A DNA stretch of 32,000 nucleotides, from assembly GCF_000283555.1 (NCBI RefSeq), contig NC_016012.1, positions 360,001 through 392,000 of the forward strand, in the 5' to 3' direction. The DNA is from Candidatus Arthromitus sp. SFB-rat-Yit (lineage in GTDB: Bacteria > Bacillota > Clostridia > Clostridiales > Clostridiaceae). Positions 9,450 to 17,072 of the stretch are shown here, in pieces. Made by a program: the position numbers and the translations under genes. The notes beneath the pieces were generated by a model, which saw nothing but the letters and a program-made list of their open reading frames with translations, was not told the origin of the DNA and searched no databases. How positions within the stretch are numbered: position 1 is the first letter of the stretch; each line of letters starts with the position of its first letter.

Positions 9450-10427
9450 ATGAAAATGGGAAAATTAAATTTAAAGGATTTTGATGATGTAATTAAAAAT
9501 TACATGGGAATAAAAAAGAAAAGCACATTATTATCTTCAAGTATTGGTGAAGATAGTTGCATTATTGATATTAAATTAATTAAAGAGGATTTTATACTTA
9601 TATCGTCAGACCCGATTACATTTACATCAAAGGATATAGGGAAATTATCTATTATAATAAATTCAAATGATATATACGCAACAGGAGGAAATGGATATGG
9701 AATTATTTTAACCATATTAATTCCAGAGAATAAAACGATGGAAGATTTTAGGTCTTTAATGGAAGAAATAAATAAAGAATGCATAGAACATGATTTGGAA
9801 ATTTTGGGTGGTCACACAGAAGTTACAAATATTGTAAATGATATAGTAGTATCAGTAACCATTATAGGAGTAGCAGACAAAAAAGATATTGTAAGAACAT
9901 CGACTTCTAAAAAAGGTGATTTGATCTTTTTAACAAAAACACTTGGAATAGAAGGAACAATTCTTTTATTTGATGAGGTTAAGGATAAATTGAGTTGTAA
10001 TTATGATGAAGATATCGAAAAGTTTAAAACTTATCTTAGCATAAAAGATGAAAGTAGAATACTTAAAAATTTTAATATTACATCTATGCATGATATAACA
10101 GAAGGTGGACTCATTGGAGCATTACTTGAGATGAGTTATGCATCAAAGAATGGTTTTAGAATTGTGAATGAAAATATAGAAATTCACAAACTTACAAGGG
10201 AATTATGCTCTATATTAAATAAGGATGTATTGCGTATTGTATCTTCTGGGAATTTAATTTTCACATCTAATAAAATGTATAAAAACGATATATTAGATGC
10301 GTTTTATGATAAAGGAATAGAGTGTAGTGTAATAGGGGAAGTCATAGATGATGGAGATTATTTTATAAATTATAATGGTATAGATAATAGAATTTTAGCA
10401 AATATAGAAGATTCTTACTTGTTTTAA
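9450..10427 (+). CDS. AIR synthase-related protein (PurM/ThiL/HypE superfamily)
   Basis: SD GGAGGTG 7 nt upstream. The pattern GEDSCIID...SSDPITF...IGKLSIIINSNDIYATGG ... LGGHTEV ... KGDLIFLTKTLGIEGT matches the N- and C-terminal AIR-synthase-related domains. Confidence 0.75.
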   Translation: MKMGKLNLKDFDDVIKNYMGIKKKSTLLSSSIGEDSCIIDIKLIKEDFILISSDPITFTSKDIGKLSIIINSNDIYATGGNGYGIILTILIPENKTMEDFRSLMEEINKECIEHDLEILGGHTEVTNIVNDIVVSVTIIGVADKKDIVRTSTSKKGDLIFLTKTLGIEGTILLFDEVKDKLSCNYDEDIEKFKTYLSIKDESRILKNFNITSMHDITEGGLIGALLEMSYASKNGFRIVNENIEIHKLTRELCSILNKDVLRIVSSGNLIFTSNKMYKNDILDAFYDKGIECSVIGEVIDDGDYFINYNGIDNRILANIEDSYLF

Positions 10428-10440
10428 GGGGATTATATTT

Positions 10441-11043
10441 ATGAAGATGATTGTTGCAAGTAACAATGATAACAAGGTAAAAGAAATAAAAGATATATTT
10501 AAAGATTTAAATTTTAATATTGTATCTTTAAAAGATGAGGGTATTTTTATTGATGTAGTTGAAGATGGTAAAACTATACATGAAAATTCTTATAAGAAAG
10601 CTAGGGTGATATATGATTATTTATTGAGTATTCATTATAAAGATTTTTGTGTGTTAAGTGATGATAGTGGTCTTATTATAGATTCTTTAGGAGGAGCACC
10701 TGGTATTATGAGTGCAAGGTTTTCCGGTGATGGTGCAACTGATGATGAAAATAATAATAAAGTTTTAAAATTAATGGAAAAAATAGATGATAATCATAGG
10801 ACTTCAAAATTTTTGACTGTTTTAACTATAATATTAGAAACAGGAGAGGAAAAACAATTTGAAGGTGAATTAAATGGTTTTATTCTAAGAGAGAAAAGGG
10901 GCGATAATGGTTTCGGATATGATTCGATTTTTTATGTAAATAAATTTTCTAAAACACTTGGAGAAATTACAAAAGAGTGTAAGAATTCTATATCCCATAG
11001 GTATATTGCACTAAACAAATTAAGAGAATATTTAAGTAAATAA
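10441..11043 (+). CDS. rdgB: RdgB/HAM1 non-canonical purine NTP pyrophosphatase (XTP/dITP diphosphatase)
   Basis: MIVASNNDNKVKEIK..., DDSGLIIDSLGGAPGIMSARF, GFGYDSIFY and SHRYIAL are hallmark Ham1 motifs. Confidence 0.9.
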   Translation: MKMIVASNNDNKVKEIKDIFKDLNFNIVSLKDEGIFIDVVEDGKTIHENSYKKARVIYDYLLSIHYKDFCVLSDDSGLIIDSLGGAPGIMSARFSGDGATDDENNNKVLKLMEKIDDNHRTSKFLTVLTIILETGEEKQFEGELNGFILREKRGDNGFGYDSIFYVNKFSKTLGEITKECKNSISHRYIALNKLREYLSK

Positions 11044-11071
11044 AATTTTAAATAAAAAAGTAAAAATTATA

Positions 11072-11100
11072 TTGACAATATAATTATATCGATATATAAT
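11072..11100 (+). promoter_or_regulatory. Consensus sigma-A promoter driving the tRNA array
   Basis: TTGACA (11072-11077), exactly 17 nt of spacer, TATAAT (11095-11100). About 55 nt upstream of the first tRNA. Confidence 0.8.
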
Positions 11101-11159
11101 TGAATATGTTGAGAGCAGGAAATTAATATATTTTTAAAATGTTAGATTTCTTGAGTTAA

Positions 11160-11235
11160 CGGGGTGTGGCGCAGATGGGAGCGCGCGTGCTTTGGGAGCA
11201 TGAGGTCGCAGGTTCGAGCCCTGTCACCCCGACCA
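11160..11235 (+). tRNA. tRNA-Pro (UGG)
   Basis: Acceptor CGGGGTG/CACCCCG, anticodon loop TTTGGGA, T-loop GGTTCGAGCC, encoded CCA. Confidence 0.93.
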
Positions 11236-11238
11236 TGT

Positions 11239-11312
11239 GCGGGTATCGTATATCGGTAATACTCCAGCCTTCCAAGCTGGCAAGGTGGGTTCGATTCCCA
11301 CTACCCGCTCCA
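11239..11312 (+). tRNA. tRNA-Gly (UCC), copy 1
   Basis: Acceptor GCGGGTA/TACCCGC, anticodon stem-loop CCAGC-CTTCCAA-GCTGG, GGTTCGATTCC, encoded CCA. Confidence 0.93.
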
Positions 11313-11318
11313 AAATGT

Positions 11319-11395
11319 GGTGAATGTAGTTCAGTTGGTAGAGCGCCAGATTGTGGTTCTGGTTGTCGTGGGTTCGAGTCCCATCATTCACCCCA
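11319..11395 (+). tRNA. tRNA-His (GUG) with encoded G-1
   Basis: Extra 5' G before acceptor GTGAATG/CATTCAC, anticodon loop ATTGTGG context (GTG), GGTTCGAGTCC, C73 then CCA. Confidence 0.9.
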
Positions 11396-11402
11396 TAGAT
11401 AT

Positions 11403-11478
11403 AGGGATATAGCCAAGTTGGTAAGGCAACGGACTTTGACTCCGTCATGCGTAGGTTCGAGTCCTGCTATCCCTGCCA
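11403..11478 (+). tRNA. tRNA-Gln (UUG)
   Basis: Acceptor AGGGATA/TATCCCT, D-arm TAGCCAAGTTGGTAAGGC, anticodon loop CTTTGAC, encoded CCA. Confidence 0.9.
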
Positions 11479-11482
11479 ATAT

Positions 11483-11558
11483 GGTTCGTTAGCTCAGGTG
11501 GTAGAGCACATGACTTTTAATCATGGTGTCCGGGGTTCGAGTCCCCGACGAATCACCA
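11483..11558 (+). tRNA. tRNA-Lys (UUU)
   Basis: Acceptor GGTTCGT/ACGAATC, anticodon loop CTTTTAA, GGTTCGAGTCC, encoded CCA. Confidence 0.9.
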
Positions 11559-11564
11559 ATGAAT

Positions 11565-11649
11565 GCAGGTGTGGCGGAATTGGCAGACGCACTAGACTTA
11601 GGATCTAGCGCCTTACGGCGTGGGGGTTCGACTCCCTTCACCTGCACCA
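11565..11649 (+). tRNA. tRNA-Leu (UAG), class II with long variable arm
   Basis: Acceptor GCAGGTG/CACCTGC, anticodon loop CTTAGGA, variable arm GCGCCTTACGGCGT, encoded CCA. 85 nt. Confidence 0.9.
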
Positions 11650-11670
11650 TATAAAATTTGTATTTTTGTT

Positions 11671-11746
11671 GCGGGAGTAGCTCAGTTGGTAGAGTGCCAC
11701 CTTGCCAAGGTGGATGTCGCGAGTTCGAGCCTCGTCTTCCGCTCCA
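11671..11746 (+). tRNA. tRNA-Gly (GCC)
   Basis: Acceptor GCGGGAG/CTTCCGC, anticodon stem-loop CCACC-TTGCCAA-GGTGG, encoded CCA. Confidence 0.9.
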
Positions 11747-11751
11747 AATGT

Positions 11752-11825
11752 GCGGGTATCGTATATCGGTAATACTCCAGCCTTCCAAGCTGGCAAGGTG
11801 GGTTCGATTCCCACTACCCGCTCCA
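11752..11825 (+). tRNA. tRNA-Gly (UCC), copy 2 (identical to copy 1)
   Basis: 74-nt sequence identical to 11239-11312, and the 4 nt upstream (ATGT) are also shared. Confidence 0.93.
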
Positions 11826-11831
11826 TATTAT

Positions 11832-11908
11832 GTGTCTTTAGCTCAGCTGGATAGAGCAACGGCCTTCTAAGCCGTAGGTCAGGAGTTCGAATCTCTTAAG
11901 ACACGCCA
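11832..11908 (+). tRNA. tRNA-Arg (UCU)
   Basis: Acceptor GTGTCTT/AAGACAC, anticodon loop CTTCTAA, AGTTCGAATCT, encoded CCA. Confidence 0.9.
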
Positions 11909-11926
11909 ATAATTATTAATTTAGGA

Positions 11927-11965
11927 AAAGAAACGATATTTTATATGTATCGTTTCTTTTTGTTT
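11927..11965 (+). terminator. Rho-independent terminator ending the tRNA operon
   Basis: Perfect 9-bp stem GAAACGATA (11930-11938) / TATCGTTTC (11948-11956), extendable with A:T pairs, followed by TTTTTGTTT. Confidence 0.8.
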
Positions 11966-12011
11966 AATTAAAATTAATATATAAAATTTATTGTAGTAGG
12001 AGGATTTGTTT

Positions 12012-12911
12012 ATGCAAATAGGATTGATTGGATTAGGAAGAATGGGATTTAATCTAGCTCTAAATATGAGAGATAAAGGGCATGAAGTTGTTTGTTTCAA
12101 TAGATCTAAAGAAAAGGTTGAAGAAGCTATTAAAGAGGGGTTGCATGGAGTTTCTTCAATTGAAGAATTAGTTAATAAATTAGAAGGAAGAAAAGTTATT
12201 TGGATCATGCTTCCAGCAGGTAAAATTATTGATCAAATTATTGATGTATTGGTACCTCTTTTAAATAAGAACGATATAATTATTGATGGTGGAAATTCAA
12301 ATTATAAAGATACTTTAGAAAGGTATGAAACTTTAAAATTAAAAGGAATAGATTTTGTTGACGTTGGTACAAGTGGTGGAATTGATGGAGCTAGAAATGG
12401 CGCTTGCACTATGATTGGTGCTGAGGATGAAGTATTTTCATATATAGAGGAAGTAGTTCGTGATATAAGTGTTGAGAATGGATATTTACATTGTGGTGGA
12501 AATGGTTCTGGACATTTTGTAAAGATGGTTCATAATGGTGTTGAGTATGGTATGATGGCTGCTATTGGAGAAGGATTTGAAATTTTAAACAAAAGTAGAT
12601 TTGATTTAAACCTTGAAAAAGTTGCTAAGGTTTGGAATCATGGTTCTGTTGTAAGAGGATGGCTTATGGAGCTTGCTCATAATGCTTTTAGTAAAGATCC
12701 TCAGTTAGATAAAATAAAAGGTGTTATGTATTCTTCAGGGGAAGGACTTTGGACTGTACAAGAAGCACTTGATTTAAAAATACCAGCGACTATAATAACT
12801 CAATCATTACTTATGAGATATAGGAGTGAACAAGATGATTCTTTAACAGGAAAGTTGGTTGCAGCACTTAGAAATGAATTTGGTGGTCATGCTGTTAAGG
12901 ATAATAAATAA
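12012..12911 (+). CDS. gnd: 6-phosphogluconate dehydrogenase, decarboxylating (short ~300-aa form)
   Basis: ATG 12012 follows SD AGGAGGA (11998-12004). The track start at 12006 is TTG. Rossmann motif IGLIGLGRMGFNLALNM, then DGGNSNYKDT, GTSGG and GSGHFVKMVHNGVEYGMMAAIGEG are typical Gnd motifs. Confidence 0.9.
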   Translation: MQIGLIGLGRMGFNLALNMRDKGHEVVCFNRSKEKVEEAIKEGLHGVSSIEELVNKLEGRKVIWIMLPAGKIIDQIIDVLVPLLNKNDIIIDGGNSNYKDTLERYETLKLKGIDFVDVGTSGGIDGARNGACTMIGAEDEVFSYIEEVVRDISVENGYLHCGGNGSGHFVKMVHNGVEYGMMAAIGEGFEILNKSRFDLNLEKVAKVWNHGSVVRGWLMELAHNAFSKDPQLDKIKGVMYSSGEGLWTVQEALDLKIPATIITQSLLMRYRSEQDDSLTGKLVAALRNEFGGHAVKDNK

Positions 12912-12934
12912 TGTTTTTAAATTTTGGGGGGAGT

Positions 12935-14416
12935 ATGGATCAAATAAATACTAATGAACCAAATATATTTGTTATATTTGGAGCGACAGGGGATTTGACA
13001 TATAGAAAATTAATTCCGGCAATTTACAATTTATATATACAAAACTTATTACCTGAAAAATTTAATTTTATATGTGTTGGACGTAGGGAATTTTCTCAAA
13101 ATGATTATAGAAATAATGCTAAGAAGGCCTTGAAGGAATTTTCAAAATCCACATTTAAAGAAGAAGAATTTGAAAAGTTCTCTGAAATTTTTAAATATTT
13201 AAGGTTGGATTTTGTTAAAGATGAAAAGTATCAATCTCTTAAAGATTTGATAAAGAGCATGTGCGAAAAATACTCACATGATGAAAACATACTTTATTAC
13301 ATGGCAGTATCTCCAGAATATTTTTCTGTTATAGTAGATAAACTTAAGTCAAATAATTTGGCGGATAATACTAAAGGAATTAAGAGGGTTATAATTGAAA
13401 AACCTTTTGGAGAGAATTTAGAATCTGCTAGAGAATTAAATAAAAAGATGACAGAAACATTTACAGAAAATGAAATTTATAGAATTGATCATTACTTAGG
13501 CAAAGAGATGAGCCAAAATATAATGGCTATAAGATTTGCTAATCCGATACTTGAGCACGTATGGAATAACAGATATATTGATAATATTCAAATAACTAGT
13601 AATGAGTCTTTAGGAGTTTTAACAAGAGGTAAGTATTATGAAAAATCAGGTGCTCTTAAAGATATGTTTCAAAATCATATGCTTCAATTATTAACACTTA
13701 TTGCGATGGAGCCACCTGTGTCTTTAAGTACGGAAGATGTAAGAGATGAGAAGGTTAAGGTTCTTAAGGCGATGCCGATAGTTGATGAAAAATTTGTAAG
13801 AGAAAATATTGTTCGTGGCCAATATATTGAAGATAAAAAAGGTACTTTGAAGGCATATAGGTCAGAGGAAGATGTATCTTGTGATTCTATGGTTGAAACA
13901 TTTGTTGCTATAAAATGTTTTATTAACAACTATAGATGGACTGGTGTTCCTTTTTATGTAAGGACAGGTAAAAGACTTAACAAAAAGATAACGGAAGTTG
14001 TTATTGAATTTAAGAATGCTCCATTTGTTTTATATAATGAAGATAATAAATTACAACCGAATCTTCTCGTTATAAGAATACATCCTGATGAGAGAATATT
14101 TTTAAATTTGAGCGTTAAAAAGCCTGGAAATGAAAATGAAATCATACCAATTCAAATGGATTTTTGCCAGAATTGTCATTCGCTTGTTTCTACAGAGGCA
14201 TATGAGAAACTTATGTATGATGCTATAAGGGGAGAATCTACATTATTTACGAGATGGGATGAAACTGAGTTTTCTTGGAAGTATGTTGAGAAAATATTTG
14301 AAATATGGGATAACAATAAGGATATTCCTTTGTATAATTATCATTCTTTAAGTGAGGGACCATATGAAATGAATAAATTACTTCATAAAGAAAATATGAA
14401 ATGGTGGGATATTTAG
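12935..14416 (+). CDS. zwf: Glucose-6-phosphate 1-dehydrogenase
   Basis: FVIFGATGDLTYRKLIPA (NADP-binding), the active-site signature RIDHYLGKE, and QNHMLQLL. Start ATG 12935 follows a G-rich SD (12926-12933). ATG 12911, overlapping the gnd stop, is an alternative. Confidence 0.93.
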   Translation: MDQINTNEPNIFVIFGATGDLTYRKLIPAIYNLYIQNLLPEKFNFICVGRREFSQNDYRNNAKKALKEFSKSTFKEEEFEKFSEIFKYLRLDFVKDEKYQSLKDLIKSMCEKYSHDENILYYMAVSPEYFSVIVDKLKSNNLADNTKGIKRVIIEKPFGENLESARELNKKMTETFTENEIYRIDHYLGKEMSQNIMAIRFANPILEHVWNNRYIDNIQITSNESLGVLTRGKYYEKSGALKDMFQNHMLQLLTLIAMEPPVSLSTEDVRDEKVKVLKAMPIVDEKFVRENIVRGQYIEDKKGTLKAYRSEEDVSCDSMVETFVAIKCFINNYRWTGVPFYVRTGKRLNKKITEVVIEFKNAPFVLYNEDNKLQPNLLVIRIHPDERIFLNLSVKKPGNENEIIPIQMDFCQNCHSLVSTEAYEKLMYDAIRGESTLFTRWDETEFSWKYVEKIFEIWDNNKDIPLYNYHSLSEGPYEMNKLLHKENMKWWDI

Positions 14417-15037
14417 ATGAGAATACATGATATATCGACTTTGATTCATCCAGATATGATTGTTTATAAAAATAAGGAGGACAAGAAACCTGTAATTACT
14501 GTTGTCAGTGATTATAATAAGGGGACTAGTTATGAAAGTAGAGCTCTTTTAGATATGCATGTTGGCACTCATATGGATGCTCCTCTTCATATGATAGAAG
14601 GTGGGGAAACTATAGATAATCAAGACTTGTACAAATGTGTTACTGATTGCAAGGTTTTTGATCTATCTCACGTTGAAGAGAAGATTGAGATGAAAGATAT
14701 AGATAAATATAGTATTTCAGAAAATGATTTTATAATTTTTAAAACTAGAAATTCTTTTTTGAAAGAATTTGATTTTAAGTTTGTATTTATATCGATAGAG
14801 GTTAGCCAATTTCTTGCAAAGAAAAAGATTAAAGGTATTGGTATCGATGCTTTAAGTGTTGAGAGGGATCAACCTAGCCATGAAACTCATGAAGCTTTCC
14901 TTAAAGATGGTATTGCTGTTCTTGAAGGATTGAATCTTAAAGATATTAATGAAGGGGAATATTTTTTAGTTGCCCTTCCTCTTAAAATAAAAGGAGCTGA
15001 AGGTGCACCTTCTAGAGCGATTCTTATAGAGAGATAG
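14417..15037 (+). CDS. Cyclase-family metal-dependent hydrolase (kynurenine formamidase-like fold)
   Basis: The ATG directly abuts the zwf stop codon (TAG 14414-16, ATG 14417). The motif MHVGTHMDAPLHM (HxGTHxDxPxH), size (~206 aa) and C-terminal EGLNL...PLKIKGAEGAPSRA fit the putative cyclase family. Confidence 0.8.
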   Translation: MRIHDISTLIHPDMIVYKNKEDKKPVITVVSDYNKGTSYESRALLDMHVGTHMDAPLHMIEGGETIDNQDLYKCVTDCKVFDLSHVEEKIEMKDIDKYSISENDFIIFKTRNSFLKEFDFKFVFISIEVSQFLAKKKIKGIGIDALSVERDQPSHETHEAFLKDGIAVLEGLNLKDINEGEYFLVALPLKIKGAEGAPSRAILIER

Positions 15038-15060
15038 GTTAATGCTATCTCTCTTTTTAT
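15028..15060 (+). terminator. Rho-independent terminator of the gnd-zwf-cyclase operon
   Basis: Perfect 10-bp stem AGAGAGATAG (15028-15037) / CTATCTCTCT (15045-15054), 7-nt loop, TTTTTAT tail. The stem contains the stop codon. Confidence 0.85.
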
Positions 15061-15157
15061 TACCATAAATTACACGTCTATAAATTAAATTTAAACATAA
15101 TTGATTGAACATACTAATTTATATAGATTTGCACTTTAGATTTGAGGTTATAAGGTT

Positions 15158-16375
15158 ATGTTTGATAAATTAAAATGTTTGTTTAGTTTTAAGTGGTTTT
15201 ACATTGTACTTTTTATAATCTTAAGTATTTATACATTTTGGGATGAAATTCAAATTGGAAGTGAAACAATTAAGTTTATGAGAAGCGTTCAAAAAGATGA
15301 GAGAGTGCATGAGGTTTATTCGTTTAAAGATAGTAAAGTAAATATTATTAATATTGATAAAGAGTATTTTGAAGATAGTGAGTCTATTTATGATGGTGAT
15401 GTTAAATATATGTATTTTAGACCTATTCCAAATGAAAAATTATATAGCTTAGATATTAATAAGAATAAAAAATTTTATAATTCCCTTATAAGTATAGATG
15501 AGTTTAAGAGAGTTCTAGAGGAATTGTATAAAAATAATTACATGATAATTAATATTTCAGATCTATATGATCAGGTTTACAAAGAAGGAAATTTTAGAGT
15601 TAAGCGTAAGATATTAAATATTCCAAAGGGAAGGAAACCGTTTGTTTTATTTGTTGATGATTTTGGTTATAGTTCTTCAAAGCTTATCATTGATGAAGGA
15701 GATATGAAAGTTAAGATGATGAAGCTTCGAAATGGGAATGAAGAAATAACTGAAGAGGATAATGTAATAACAATTGTAAATAAGTTTGTTAGGGAAAATG
15801 AAGATTTTTCTTTTAATAATGCAAAAGGTGTACTTTCTATTGTTGATTCTGAATTTATATTTGGATATAACACAGGTAGAAATATTACTCGTAGATTGTT
15901 TATAGATAGTGTTAGGATTAAAAAATTATCAAATGATATTTATGAAGCCAAAAGGATAGCAGATAATCTTAAAGATGATGGATGGACATTTGCGTGCAAT
16001 ACATATGGTAATATAGATTTTAAAGATATAACCCTTAATTTGGTTAAGAATGATATGGACAATTGGTTTAGATATGTATCAAATATAATCGGATACACAA
16101 ATTTATTTGTTTATCCTGCAGGTGATGTAATAGATAAAAATGATGAAAGATTTAAATATTTAAATGAGAGTGGATTTAATATTTTTTGTTCATCAATAAA
16201 GAGGAGTAATAATAAGGACTGTTTTAAAATGGAGCAGTATGTTGATATAAGTAGGGACCTTATATGTTATGATACTATAAACTTGCATCGGGAGGGTGAT
16301 TATGATATATTGAAAAACATTATGGTAAATCCTAGAAAGGGTAAAAAAATACATAGGGATGGTATTTATGAGTAA
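15158..16375 (+). CDS. Hypothetical N-terminally membrane-anchored protein, possibly a degenerate NodB-type (polysaccharide deacetylase-like) domain
   Basis: One N-terminal TM segment (FKWFYIVLFIILSIYTFW). Downstream order resembles NodB-family proteins: ISIDEFKRVLEELYKNNYMIINISDL, KPFVLFVDDFGY (cf. TFDDG), DDGWTFACNTYGN (cf. HTxxH), NLFVYPAGD (cf. YPyG). The family call is from memory of motif order only. Confidence 0.7.
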   Translation: MFDKLKCLFSFKWFYIVLFIILSIYTFWDEIQIGSETIKFMRSVQKDERVHEVYSFKDSKVNIINIDKEYFEDSESIYDGDVKYMYFRPIPNEKLYSLDINKNKKFYNSLISIDEFKRVLEELYKNNYMIINISDLYDQVYKEGNFRVKRKILNIPKGRKPFVLFVDDFGYSSSKLIIDEGDMKVKMMKLRNGNEEITEEDNVITIVNKFVRENEDFSFNNAKGVLSIVDSEFIFGYNTGRNITRRLFIDSVRIKKLSNDIYEAKRIADNLKDDGWTFACNTYGNIDFKDITLNLVKNDMDNWFRYVSNIIGYTNLFVYPAGDVIDKNDERFKYLNESGFNIFCSSIKRSNNKDCFKMEQYVDISRDLICYDTINLHREGDYDILKNIMVNPRKGKKIHRDGIYE

Positions 16376-17072
16376 GATTGTTGAGTTTAAAGATGTTTCT
16401 AAACATTACAAGGTTGGAGAAATTACTATTGATGCACTTCATGATGTTAATTTTTCTATAGATAAGGGTGAATTTGTTGTAATCCTTGGTGCGAGTGGGG
16501 CAGGTAAAACTACTATTTTAAATATTTTAGGTGGAATGGATTTGGCATCTTCTGGAGAGGTTATTGTTGATGGTGAATATATTACTAATTTTAGTAAGAA
16601 TCAATTAACAAAATATAGGAGAGAACAGATTGGATTTGTGTTTCAATTTTATAATTTAATACCAAATTTAACTGCCATTGAAAATGTTGAATTTGCAACA
16701 AGTGTTTGTAAGGATTTTTTAGATGCTAAAGATATGTTAAATAGAGTTGGGTTATCTGAGAGAATAAATAATTTCCCAACACAGTTATCAGGTGGTGAAC
16801 AGCAAAGGGTGGCGATTGCAAGAGCGATTGCAAAAAACCCATTACTTCTTCTCTGTGATGAGCCTACGGGAGCACTTGATTATGATACGGGAAAGAAAGT
16901 TTTAAAACTCTTATATGAGATAAATCAAACACTTAATAAGACGGTTGCTTTAATTACACATAATTCTTTAATAGCACCTATGGCTGATAAAGTTATACAC
17001 GTTAAAAATGGAACTATAGAACGTATAGAATTTAACGAAAATAAGGTTCCTGTTGAGGAGATTGAGTGGTAG
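16368..17072 (+). CDS. ABC transporter ATP-binding protein (MacB/LolD/FtsE-like)
   Basis: Walker A GASGAGKTT, Q-loop, signature LSGGEQQRVAIARA, Walker B LLLCDEPTGALD, H-loop ITHN. ATG 16368 overlaps the upstream gene by 8 nt (ATGAGTAA). Confidence 0.93.
   Translation: MSKIVEFKDVSKHYKVGEITIDALHDVNFSIDKGEFVVILGASGAGKTTILNILGGMDLASSGEVIVDGEYITNFSKNQLTKYRREQIGFVFQFYNLIPNLTAIENVEFATSVCKDFLDAKDMLNRVGLSERINNFPTQLSGGEQQRVAIARAIAKNPLLLLCDEPTGALDYDTGKKVLKLLYEINQTLNKTVALITHNSLIAPMADKVIHVKNGTIERIEFNENKVPVEEIEW

Noticed and set aside
11166-11870. ORFs of 70-108 aa on both strands across the tRNA array (11166-11492 +, 11224-11448 -, 11489-11788 -, 11638-11859 -, 11658-11870 +)
   Set aside because: They are stop-free only because the GC-rich tRNA sequences lack stop codons. 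The same pseudo-peptide (CGYRISVILQPSKLARWVRFPLPAP) appears twice because tRNA-Gly(UCC) is duplicated.
13684-14145. Antisense ORFs within zwf (13684-13929, 13954-14145), plus the similar short antisense ORFs at 294-515, 9044-9337, 9500-9784, 11921-12208, 15667-15873, 23640-23828 and 25974-26321
   Set aside because: All overlap well-supported genes on the opposite strand, lack an RBS and have low-complexity translations.
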